From: an uncultured Planctomycetales bacterium
Lineage (GTDB): Bacteria; Omnitrophota; Gorgyraeia; Zapsychrales; Fredricksoniimonadaceae
Direction: 5' to 3'
DNA length: 64,000 nt
Assembly (NCBI GenBank): GCA_964520655.1
Contig: CAZFNI010000009.1
Coordinates: forward strand, 5,909-69,908
The notes beneath the pieces are model-generated. The model ran no database searches and had not been told where the DNA came from. It was given only the letters and a program-made list of their open reading frames with translations. Position numbers and translations under genes: made by a program. Shown here in pieces: positions 39,801 through 47,892 of the stretch (position 1 is the first letter of the stretch; every line of letters starts with the position of its first letter).

Positions 39801-41147
39801 TTCTTTATTCGCAACCAGGGCCTGCGCGGTTTTCATCAATTCTGCTTTTGCGTCGTGCGCCTGAGCCTCCGCTTTAGCCAATTGGTCTTTCAATGCGGAT
39901 ATATTCGGATCTTGAACATGCTCCTGTTTGGGGATATGCGCCAGCTGGTCATTCAACTTTTTGATCTCCCGCTCTTTAACAGCGACGATATCGACCTGTT
40001 CCTGATATTTCTTGCGGAATGCTTCCGCTTTATCCCTGATCTGCCGCAGGTCCGCATCTTCTTCGTCAAGCTGTTTATGCATCAGCGCGTTCTGCTGGAG
40101 CGCATTGGCTAATTCTGTTTTAAGCAGGGAGATCTGTTCATCTTTCTCGCTTAATTTCTTCTCAAGCTCTGCCAGACGGGCATTGTTATCCTTGAAACTT
40201 TTCAATGTCTTGGCCAACTCCGCGTTCGAAGCGGTTAGGTCGCTTATCTTGGCGGTCTTCTCGACGATCTCACGCGCCATCCGCGATGAGGCAGCAGCGT
40301 CGACCTTGAGATCTTTTGTGGAATTGCGATAATCTTTAAGGGCAGTCTCATAACGGTCATTCGTTTTTGACAAGGCTTCCTTAATACGGGTCAACTCATC
40401 CTGAAGCAATTGAGACTGCGCAGACTTCTTCTGAAGCAAATCTTCCTTGTCTTTAAGCAAGCTTTCTTTCTCCGCCTGCATTTGATCGATCGACCGTTCT
40501 GGAACATGTGTACTGGCCAGCGCCTTGTTAACCGCGGCATTTTTATAATGTTGATTATTGCGGGCCAGTTGATTCTGGAAAGCCGCTAATTTGCTTTTGA
40601 GCGCTTCCACTTCTTTACTTTTTTCCTGATAGGCTTTATTGAGCTTATGATCGCCCTTCTGCGATGACAACCGGCTTAACTGCCGCTCATAAGCTTTGAG
40701 CTGCTGGTTCTTCTGCTGCAGCAGCATGGCCTGATCATTCAAAATGCGCTGGTTCTGGTCCAGCTCATTTTGAATACCGGCATCATTGATAACTATATTG
40801 GCGGGGGCCACTTCTCTTTCCCTGATATGTCCCACTTCAGCAGAGGCATCCACGATCTGATCCAACGCGCGGCGCTTATCTTCCGGCAAACTGCCATTCT
40901 GATCGATGAACGACTGATAGGCGTTTAAGATATCCGTCAATTGTCCGTATTGGTCCGGCTTGGCGAACATGTGTGCTTCATGCTCGAGCGCGATCTTATT
41001 TTCTAAAATTGATCGGGTTAACGCCTTGTTCTCGCGTATGAGTTGTGACACCGGAGGCTTTTCCGCGATGCGGCCAACTTCCTGTGCATGTGCCGGAATA
41101 GAAAGGCTTAAACCAATAAAGACGTGGATGATCTTGTATTTATTCAT
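36882..41147 (-). CDS. giant secreted coiled-coil protein (1421 aa, SMC-like rod without an ATPase head)
   Basis: Signal peptide MNKYKIIHVFIGLSLSIPAHA. Almost entirely E/K/Q/A/L heptad-like sequence with internal ~130-aa tandem repeats (…LVANKEEITAKDRRLAELEERIA… and …LVANQEELSIKSRRLAELEATIA…). I moved the start to the ATG at 41145-41147. Confidence 0.7.
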   Translation of the reverse strand: MNKYKIIHVFIGLSLSIPAHAQEVGRIAEKPPVSQLIRENKALTRSILENKIALEHEAHMFAKPDQYGQLTDILNAYQSFIDQNGSLPEDKRRALDQIVDASAEVGHIREREVAPANIVINDAGIQNELDQNQRILNDQAMLLQQKNQQLKAYERQLSRLSSQKGDHKLNKAYQEKSKEVEALKSKLAAFQNQLARNNQHYKNAAVNKALASTHVPERSIDQMQAEKESLLKDKEDLLQKKSAQSQLLQDELTRIKEALSKTNDRYETALKDYRNSTKDLKVDAAASSRMAREIVEKTAKISDLTASNAELAKTLKSFKDNNARLAELEKKLSEKDEQISLLKTELANALQQNALMHKQLDEEDADLRQIRDKAEAFRKKYQEQVDIVAVKEREIKKLNDQLAHIPKQEHVQDPNISALKDQLAKAEAQAHDAKAELMKTAQALVANKEEITAKDRRLAELEERIAGMQRNDQRALDIVNKETAVSKKTERKVIVSEDKEEVITLKEEAKQLRAQLADLHKSVKKDPKDQSALIAQKEQEIKALNEKLAQILKNKHQRADVGTLQNDLAKAQDEEWRAKQALQRMAKDLVANQEELSIKSRRLAELEATIAKLEKPGAAPVMKEVVSVPAVVEVKGSKDDELAALKEQAKQLRAALNALRDEQMPAQGGDKVIAELRAKIRKDDEIFAHLKDRGLALKEKISSLNNDVALKDAQIAALKLSLKQAGASVVQTPAEIQGNNTNAAEMAVKASLTPLQREEYDRLKKQYEIVVMNPVRTTGKKNDPEIDELKRHYQIVVKSPEEIAGIVKENSDPSSDTPKSQGGLTAKEMAQLDALKAQAQIFRDQLTELKARQMGSGDQEKYRDALVKQLAAAQKEAKEMRDQVAFLKMAHTNDSVQQQPQKGITIQPVVVKADTKALDDQIAAAKQESKDLKDQLEQSHKLSRALSIEIVKNQEAVNLQKNQTDERRALQEMLQAKQRQRIEMLMVKNKLIVEHQNKVLGNLEEYKQKLNGAKNDWAAQQQEYEKRMAELKFAVDTMNMNNTKLSEELKAAKKEKEEAYQITDRFKDRLKETSDVNENQSKELAQARQRADALEVNLRKINEDMTGKENVLIKAQDELLRTKTERSQALKDVQIKDLSLSMAQSTMQAKTKVLQTLADQLKDQIKISDAQLAAVRKQLKETQEELVEANRRADAERLKEMLKSSREEMLQINNLLKNKEQQIVSLQKSLEDNAIDFTAQQKAIDAIKADMDKEQKTIARLNEEIGWKNKEIARLKAQLKEKKINLLPASLSGVDLVIARDRQQIADLTAKLNAANDRINAAAIPKSVDPQGLRKALDDAREQIATLKEKLRQKREGLVQNDPSVIAMNKEIKTLNSSLMDVMKENGDLKDKNESLFDQINELRAELTKCQDQIKALPSAQ

Positions 41148-41556
41148 GATGGGCGGCCTGTATTTGTGTCCGAAGGGTATCGACATCGTTATTAAGGTCA
41201 GCCAAGAATTTCTCTTCCTTGGCAATGGCTTCTTTAAGGTCCATGTTAGGATCAGCCGCAACAGCTGCGATCTCAACGGGTTTCGCTGGTGCTTTAACCA
41301 ATGGCGCCGTATTGGTCTGTACTTCAGAGGCCTTCACCACAGGCTTGCTGCCATCCAGATTATAGCTGCGGCTTAGCTGCTTGATGCGCGCCATCACCCG
41401 TTCGGCTTCCCTGTGGTCGCCCCGCTGGTGCAGCTCCTTGGCATAGGTCAGCATGGTGTCGATCGCCACATCCCGCATAAAGCTGCTTGTCGTTGAAGCC
41501 ATTGCAGTTACGGCTGTAAAAATGGTGAAAATACACGCGATTGTCAGATTTCTCAT
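41140..41556 (-). CDS. small secreted helical protein, translationally coupled to the giant coiled-coil gene
   Basis: Signal peptide. Its stop overlaps the giant gene's start by 8 nt. Confidence 0.5.
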   Translation of the reverse strand: MRNLTIACIFTIFTAVTAMASTTSSFMRDVAIDTMLTYAKELHQRGDHREAERVMARIKQLSRSYNLDGSKPVVKASEVQTNTAPLVKAPAKPVEIAAVAADPNMDLKEAIAKEEKFLADLNNDVDTLRTQIQAAHHE

Positions 41557-41726
41557 ATTCCTTACCTGTTGATATGTAATGGTTTACGTTTCGAGTGTTT
41601 GGCTTATATCAAAATATTGATCTTGTCAACAAAATAATGCTGGAAGTATAACACCCAAACGGGGCATCGTCAAATTTTTAGAAAGGGCTTACCCCGAAAG
41701 AAATACCGCTTCCTGCCCCCTGAAAT

Positions 41727-44297
41727 TTGATGACCATGAGCATCTTTTATGCTATAACATACCCCATGGAAACTGCCGCAACCCCCATGCTCAAACAATA
41801 TCAGCAGATCAAATCCCGACATCAGGACTGCATCCTTTTTTTTCGTTTAGGGGACTTTTATGAGATGTTCTTTGAAGATGCCAAAGCCGCTTCCTCTATA
41901 TTAGACCTTGTATTGACCTCACGCGGACAGGATGCCGGCGGCAAGATCCCCATGTGCGGCATTCCTTTTCACAGCGCGGACAATTACATCAACAAATTAG
42001 TTAAAGCCGGCAGGAAAGTGGCTATCTGCGAACAGGTTGAGGATCCTGCATCCGCGAAAGGCATTGTCAAACGCGATGTCATCCGCGTGATCACTGCCGG
42101 GACATATCTGGATGATAATACCGACACCCGCTGTTTATTATGCCTGTTGCCTCAAAAGGACGGGAGCTTCGGCTTTGCCTCCTGCGACACCACAAGCTCG
42201 ACCATATTGACCAACCGCATCGCCACTGCGCATCAGGCAGTCGAATTGTTGACGAAGTTAAGCGTTGCCGAATGCATTTATCCCCAAAGCGCTAAAGAAC
42301 ACATGCAAGAGCTCATGGCGCATCCCTTGTTAAAATTAAAGAACATCCTCCTGACAGAATTTGACGATTGGTGCTTTAACGCGGATATGGCCAAAAAATC
42401 CCTGTGCGCCCATTTCGGCGTTCTTAATCTCAACGGATTCGGCATTGAGGATATGCCCTGCGCTCAATCCGCCAGCGGGGCCTTATTAGAATATATGCGC
42501 CAAAGCAGCAAAACAGACTTAAAACATGTAAACAAGATCATGCTCTTTGCCACGGATGATTTTGTATTTATCTCGCCTGCGGCGCATTATGGATTGGAAT
42601 TAGAGACCGTTGTGCGCACCATGGATCTGACCGCAACCCCCATGGGTAAAAGGATGTTCCGTTTTTGGCTGTTTAACCCCCTTAAGGATTTGAATGCGCT
42701 TCAACAACGGCAAAGCGCCGTCTTGGCATTGAACCAGAATCCCAAAAACACCCAAACACTGGAGGAATGCCTGCGGTATTTGCCCGACCTGGAAAAATCC
42801 CTCTCGCGCATCAGCTGCCGCTGCGCATCAGTCAAAGACCTGGTGAGTTTGCGCCAGGGTCTGATGCGTGGTCCGCATATCATAGAAGCATTGGCGCCCA
42901 TGAACCATCCGCTGCTGCAGATAAACGACCTGAAAAATTTACGAGAACTGCTTTTTAAAACGATCGACCCCGACGTGCCTCTTGGCAAACCGGAAGGCAA
43001 GACCATTGCTTCGGGGATCGATGTCGAATTGGATGAATTGCGCTCATTAGCCGAGAACGGTCGGCAATGGCTGCTGGAGTATCAGGCCCAGCAGATCAAA
43101 CGCACGGGGATCAATTCGTTAAAAGTCGGATTCAATAATGTTTTCGGCTACTATATCGAGATCTCCAAAGCCAACCAGAAGTCTGTCCCGGCGGACTATA
43201 TCCGCAAGCAGACCTTAGTCAACGGCGAGCGTTATATCACACCTGAATTAAAAACCTATGAGGACAAGATCCTCACGGCCCAGGACAAGATCTTTGCGAT
43301 CGAGCGCCGGATCCTCAATACCATTGAACAGGAGATCCTGACCCAGGCCGCAGAGGTATCGCGATTCTGCCGCCAGATAGCCTCGATCGACTGCCTGTTG
43401 TCGTTCCAGAAACTCTTATTGTGGGACGGTTATATCCTGCCGGAATTAAATGACAGCGACGCCATTGACATTAAAGACGGACGACACCCCATTGTTGAGA
43501 AAACCGTCCCCAACGGGTTTACGCCCAATGACACCACCCTTAACACCAGCGACTTGCATTTGATCATCCTGACCGGCCCGAACATGGCGGGTAAAAGCAC
43601 CTTTATCCGGCAAAGCGCGTTGTTGGTCATTTTAGCCCAGATAGGCGCGCCTATCCCGGCCAAAGAAGCCGCCATCGGGCTGTGCGACAAAATATTCACC
43701 CGCATCGGCGCGCATGATGAGATCGCCAAAGGCCAGTCGACATTCATGGTTGAGATGACCGAATGCGCGCATATTTTAAATAATCTCACGCCGCGTTCAC
43801 TTGTCATCTTAGACGAGGTGGGGCGCGGGACATCGACCAGCGACGGGCTGTCGCTCGCCTGGGCGCTGGCGGAATACATGCATTCAAAAAAAGTCCGCAC
43901 CCTGTTCGCGACCCATTTCCATGAACTGGTAGGGTTGGCCGACCAGTTTGACGGCATCGCCAATTTCAATGTCGCGGTCAAAGAATGGAAAGACAAGATC
44001 GTATTTTTACATAAGATCATTCCTGGCGGCAGCGACGACAGCTACGGCATTTATGTGGCAAAATTAGCCGGTATCCCGTCAGAGATCATCAAACGTTCGA
44101 AAGAGATCTTATCCGAGATCGAGATCGGTGCGGCCACGCCGTACCATAAGCCACAGCAGCAATTGAATTTGTTCGCGCCGACACACAATCCTCAGATCGA
44201 AGACATTGCCAATGAGTTAAGCAGTCTGGATATCAACACGCTGACACCCTTAGAAGCGTTAAAGATCTTGAACGATCTTAAAAGCAAGCTGGACTAA
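41727..44297 (+). CDS. mutS: DNA mismatch repair protein MutS
   Basis: GPNMAGKST Walker A and the N-terminal TPMLKQYQQIK. The true start may be the ATG at 41766. Confidence 0.9.
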   Translation: MMTMSIFYAITYPMETAATPMLKQYQQIKSRHQDCILFFRLGDFYEMFFEDAKAASSILDLVLTSRGQDAGGKIPMCGIPFHSADNYINKLVKAGRKVAICEQVEDPASAKGIVKRDVIRVITAGTYLDDNTDTRCLLCLLPQKDGSFGFASCDTTSSTILTNRIATAHQAVELLTKLSVAECIYPQSAKEHMQELMAHPLLKLKNILLTEFDDWCFNADMAKKSLCAHFGVLNLNGFGIEDMPCAQSASGALLEYMRQSSKTDLKHVNKIMLFATDDFVFISPAAHYGLELETVVRTMDLTATPMGKRMFRFWLFNPLKDLNALQQRQSAVLALNQNPKNTQTLEECLRYLPDLEKSLSRISCRCASVKDLVSLRQGLMRGPHIIEALAPMNHPLLQINDLKNLRELLFKTIDPDVPLGKPEGKTIASGIDVELDELRSLAENGRQWLLEYQAQQIKRTGINSLKVGFNNVFGYYIEISKANQKSVPADYIRKQTLVNGERYITPELKTYEDKILTAQDKIFAIERRILNTIEQEILTQAAEVSRFCRQIASIDCLLSFQKLLLWDGYILPELNDSDAIDIKDGRHPIVEKTVPNGFTPNDTTLNTSDLHLIILTGPNMAGKSTFIRQSALLVILAQIGAPIPAKEAAIGLCDKIFTRIGAHDEIAKGQSTFMVEMTECAHILNNLTPRSLVILDEVGRGTSTSDGLSLAWALAEYMHSKKVRTLFATHFHELVGLADQFDGIANFNVAVKEWKDKIVFLHKIIPGGSDDSYGIYVAKLAGIPSEIIKRSKEILSEIEIGAATPYHKPQQQLNLFAPTHNPQIEDIANELSSLDINTLTPLEALKILNDLKSKLD

Positions 44298-44303
44298 ACA
44301 CCT

Positions 44304-46064
44304 ATGCCCAAAGTAACTCTTCTTTCCCCTGATGTCATTGCCAAGATCGCCGCCGGCGAGGTCGTTGACCGCCCTTCCTCCGTTGTTAAGGAGCTGGTGG
44401 AGAACTCCATTGACGCGCAGGCGACCTCGATCGAGGTACATCTAAAAGACGCCGGCAAAGAACTCATCCGCGTCAAAGACAATGGCAGCGGTATCACCAA
44501 GGGGGACCTGGGCAATATTTTCCAACGCCACGCCACCAGCAAGATCAACAATATCGATGACTTAGAGACCCTTATCTCCATGGGGTTTAGAGGGGAGGCC
44601 CTGTTCTCGATCGCCGCGGTCTCGGATGTGACAGTGGAAAGCCAGTCGCAAGGCTCCAAAGAATCCTGGCTGCTGCATTTGCGCGCAGGCAAACGGCTGC
44701 AGCTTGAACCATGTGCCGCCAAAGGCCACGGGACCGAAATAAAAGTATCTGAATTATTTTTCAATACCCCGGCACGCCGCAAATTCCTCAAAAGCAGCAC
44801 ATCGGAACTCAACCAATGCGTCCATACGCTGCTCAATTACGGCCTGCTGTATCCGGATAAACGATTTTTATTGACCCACGCCGGCAAAACACTACTTGAT
44901 CTTAGGCCAGCCCCCAACCTTCAAGACCGTATGGCCGCAGCACTGAACTTAAATACCGCAGACCTCCTGGAAACATCCCAGGATTTTCCTGAGGATAAGA
45001 TCTATATCAAAGCCGTCTTAAGCAATATCAACATCGCCCGGCCCCGCCGGGATATGCAGTATTTCTTTATCAATCGCCGGCCAGTTGAGCACAAATCTCT
45101 GGGATTCACCCTCAATGATGTCTACCGCGCGATCCTGCCGCCGGGCGTTTATCCGGCGTTCTTGATCAGCATACAGCTGGATCCGTCTTGTGTTGATGCC
45201 AACATACACCCGGCTAAAAAAGAAGTGCGCATCCTCACTGAAAGCCGCGTAGTCTCTCTGGTAAGGCATTTGGTCGATTACACGCTCATGCGTTTCGGCG
45301 GGACAAAAAAGCTCGAAGCCGCGCCCGGAGCCCCATCAGCAGTGCTGGAGAATATCTCCTTTGAACAGGGACTGCCCGCTGGGCAGATCATCTATGGCCC
45401 GGGACAAAAACAGCCTGACTTTTCTTTTTCTGCATCCCTCTCCCCCAGGCCCGCCATGCCCGCTGCAGCGCCTGATCTATTTGCCGCCCCTGCGGCCTCG
45501 ATGACTGAGAAATTCTCCCGGGCGCGCTACATCGGATCGTTGAATAATAAATTCCTGTTGTTTGAGGATGGTTCTTCTCTATTATGTGTTGACCAGCACG
45601 CAGCCCAGGAACGCATCATGTTCGAACGCTTCACGCGCCAGATCGAAGACGGCGCGATCGAAGTGCAGCCGCTATTGACCCCCATCCTCATCAAATTATC
45701 CATTGTGGAAGCCATCAGCATTGAAGAGTATGGGAAAAAGTTGGGCGAAGTGGGCATTGAGACCGCCCTGCTCGATGAAGGAACGCTGGCCATACACGCC
45801 CATCCTGTGCTGCTCAAGAACATCGAGTCAGCGGTCAGACTGCTGCTCTCAGGAAATGATATCAATCGTTGTGACCGCAACACCATTGCCCGCAGGGCCT
45901 GCAAGGCCTCGATCACTGCCGGCGACCGGTTAAGCCCGCTTCAAGCAGAGCATCAGCGCAGAGAATTGCTCCAATGCAACGACCCGTTCACCTGTCCGCA
46001 CGGCCGGCCGATCATCATTGAGCTAAGCGACAGCTTTCTAGACAGGCAGTTCTTAAGAACATAA
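44304..46064 (+). CDS. mutL: DNA mismatch repair protein MutL
   Basis: GHKL ATPase N-terminus (AAGEVVDRPSSVVKELVENSIDA) and a MutL C-terminal dimerisation domain. Confidence 0.9.
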   Translation: MPKVTLLSPDVIAKIAAGEVVDRPSSVVKELVENSIDAQATSIEVHLKDAGKELIRVKDNGSGITKGDLGNIFQRHATSKINNIDDLETLISMGFRGEALFSIAAVSDVTVESQSQGSKESWLLHLRAGKRLQLEPCAAKGHGTEIKVSELFFNTPARRKFLKSSTSELNQCVHTLLNYGLLYPDKRFLLTHAGKTLLDLRPAPNLQDRMAAALNLNTADLLETSQDFPEDKIYIKAVLSNINIARPRRDMQYFFINRRPVEHKSLGFTLNDVYRAILPPGVYPAFLISIQLDPSCVDANIHPAKKEVRILTESRVVSLVRHLVDYTLMRFGGTKKLEAAPGAPSAVLENISFEQGLPAGQIIYGPGQKQPDFSFSASLSPRPAMPAAAPDLFAAPAASMTEKFSRARYIGSLNNKFLLFEDGSSLLCVDQHAAQERIMFERFTRQIEDGAIEVQPLLTPILIKLSIVEAISIEEYGKKLGEVGIETALLDEGTLAIHAHPVLLKNIESAVRLLLSGNDINRCDRNTIARRACKASITAGDRLSPLQAEHQRRELLQCNDPFTCPHGRPIIIELSDSFLDRQFLRT

Positions 46065-46101
46065 GCCGAGGGAACCGCTTTCCACAAAACCACCATTTTT
46101 C

Positions 46102-46130
46102 TTGTTCAGCTATCCCCCTTGTGATATATT
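46102..46130 (+). promoter_or_regulatory. candidate promoter of the pilin gene
   Basis: TTGTTC, 17 nt, TATATT, followed by AAGGAG as the SD. Confidence 0.35.
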
Positions 46131-46178
46131 CTATATTAGCTGTCATTATTAATTATTATTATACAAAGGAGATTCGCC

Positions 46179-46577
46179 ATGAAAACAGTACTCAATAAGA
46201 AAGGGTTCACGCTGGTCGAGATCATGATCGTCGTGGCCATCATCGCCCTGCTGGCGGCGATCGCTATCCCGAACCTGCTTCGGGCAAAATTGAATGCCAA
46301 CGATTCCCTGGCTAAATCAACCGTACGCGCGTTATCAACATCCTCAGAATCTTACGCAACCGCGCATAACGGGAACTACCCTACGAATGTGACGTCTTTG
46401 ACAGGCGCCAACCCGGCGTTCTTGAATAACGCCTACTGCGATTCAACCATCAGCGGGTACTTCTATACCTGTACCTTCACCACCAGCACCTACACCCTGT
46501 CAGCGACCCCGGTCACTGTCGGAACAACTGGTACGACCACATACACCATCTCTACGGGTGGTGTGTTAGTCCCATAA
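46179..46577 (+). CDS. type IV pilin / pseudopilin (prepilin-type N-terminal cleavage/methylation domain)
   Basis: KKGFTLVEIMIVVAIIALLAAIAIPN. Confidence 0.8.
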   Translation: MKTVLNKKGFTLVEIMIVVAIIALLAAIAIPNLLRAKLNANDSLAKSTVRALSTSSESYATAHNGNYPTNVTSLTGANPAFLNNAYCDSTISGYFYTCTFTTSTYTLSATPVTVGTTGTTTYTISTGGVLVP

Positions 46578-46603
46578 GCACCACGATCACACGCTGTTAC
46601 CCT

Positions 46604-46635
46604 AAGGCCGCTTGAAAAAGCGGCCTTAGTTTTTT
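46604..46635 (+). terminator. rho-independent terminator after the pilin gene
   Basis: AAGGCCGCTT-gaaa-AAGCGGCCTT followed by AGTTTTTT. Confidence 0.6.
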
Positions 46636-47855
46636 ATCTTCTCCCGCAGACTAAGGAAATACTTCTCTACCGTCATGGAGCTTAAAATACCCGCTGCGAT
46701 GCTGGATATTGTCGTCAGGAGGATGACGATGGTGGGGGGAAGGGTGTGCATCCAGCGCGCCCAGAAGATGATGATCAGGATATGCCACAAATATATGCCG
46801 TAGGAATGACGACCCAGCTGCTGCATCCACGCAAACCGCGTCAGGAAAGAAACACCGAAGAATGCCGCGCTAAGCAAGGCCAGGGACGATAGTTGTCCGA
46901 TGATATTCATATACCAATCACCCCAGTGATAGCCCCATTCGATCACAAAGAACAGCAGAAAATATCCAGTTACGCCGATCCCCCAAAGGAGGCCCCCGGC
47001 CATTTTATTGTTGGGCCAGCCCTTCCAATAAGGCTTTAACACAGCCAGCAGGCACCCCAGGGATAGCGCGCCCAAATGATACATTAACGTAAAATACGGA
47101 TGCGGTGCTTTCAACGGCCAGGTCAACATCGGCTTATCCCAAACGATATACATATATCGTGTTACAGCGCCCAGGCACATGAGCAGCACAAATGCTATTA
47201 TTAAGGCCCTGCGCCTCTGCAGTTCCCCCTGGAAGATCCGGTAAATGACCATGAGCAAGATCGGGCAAAAAACATAGAACTGTTCAAAAATGGCCAGGGT
47301 CCAGGCATGCTCCAGATAGATATTGCGGGGGAAATAATTCTGCAAGAACATCAAATACCGCAAGCCCACCGCCGCGATGTTCACGGGATCTTCCTGTGCC
47401 TGCCATGAAAAAACGACCAGACTGACGATGACCATGAGCGCGTAAGCCGGATAGATCCGCAAGAAACGCCTGCACCAGAACCGAAAGACATCTTTCCAGG
47501 AATGGACATCTGTCAGAAGATTTCGGGTGATCAGAAAGCCACTGATGATCAAGAACAACTGCACCCCCAGGATCCCTTTAAAATTATTGATCATGTGCTT
47601 GATAAGCAAATACACCGGCGAGAGATCAATGTGCAGGTATTGCCAGGACTTAAATAACAGCCAGGAAAGAATAGGGGTATCCCTATCAAACAAATGATAC
47701 AGGTCCAATCCAACGCACATATGGTGGCCCAGGATCATAAGGATCCCCAAAGCCCTAAAACCGTCTAAGAATGGGAATTGTCGTTTTGGGATTTTAGGAG
47801 TGGCATTTGCTTGAAGCATTTGACTCATTGTACGGTATACAGGTAAAAGACGCAA
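46626..47855 (-). CDS. acyltransferase family 3 (OafA/YrhL-like) membrane protein
   Basis: Polytopic, 409 aa, with GFRALGILMILGHH near the N-terminus. Confidence 0.75.
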   Translation of the reverse strand: MRLLPVYRTMSQMLQANATPKIPKRQFPFLDGFRALGILMILGHHMCVGLDLYHLFDRDTPILSWLLFKSWQYLHIDLSPVYLLIKHMINNFKGILGVQLFLIISGFLITRNLLTDVHSWKDVFRFWCRRFLRIYPAYALMVIVSLVVFSWQAQEDPVNIAAVGLRYLMFLQNYFPRNIYLEHAWTLAIFEQFYVFCPILLMVIYRIFQGELQRRRALIIAFVLLMCLGAVTRYMYIVWDKPMLTWPLKAPHPYFTLMYHLGALSLGCLLAVLKPYWKGWPNNKMAGGLLWGIGVTGYFLLFFVIEWGYHWGDWYMNIIGQLSSLALLSAAFFGVSFLTRFAWMQQLGRHSYGIYLWHILIIIFWARWMHTLPPTIVILLTTISSIAAGILSSMTVEKYFLSLREKIKN

Positions 47856-47892
47856 TGGGATGGATCTTCCTCATGTTCGGTCGCAACCATGA

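Noticed and set aside
37189-40332. Several plus-strand ORFs (231 aa, 184 aa, 106 aa, etc.) inside the giant coiled-coil gene
   Set aside because: They are antisense frames of a GAG/AAG/CAG-rich gene and give Ser/Leu/Phe-rich translations. The sense frame has a signal peptide and a continuous heptad pattern.
41148-41276. Track N-terminus of the giant protein (MRSQLLRL…)
   Set aside because: The internal ATG at 41145-41147 gives a canonical signal peptide and an 8-nt overlap with the upstream gene's stop. The upstream 43 codons overlap the preceding CDS.
43430-44836. Minus-strand ORFs 43430..44020 and 44294..44836
   Set aside because: They are antisense to mutS and mutL, which have unambiguous motifs on the plus strand.
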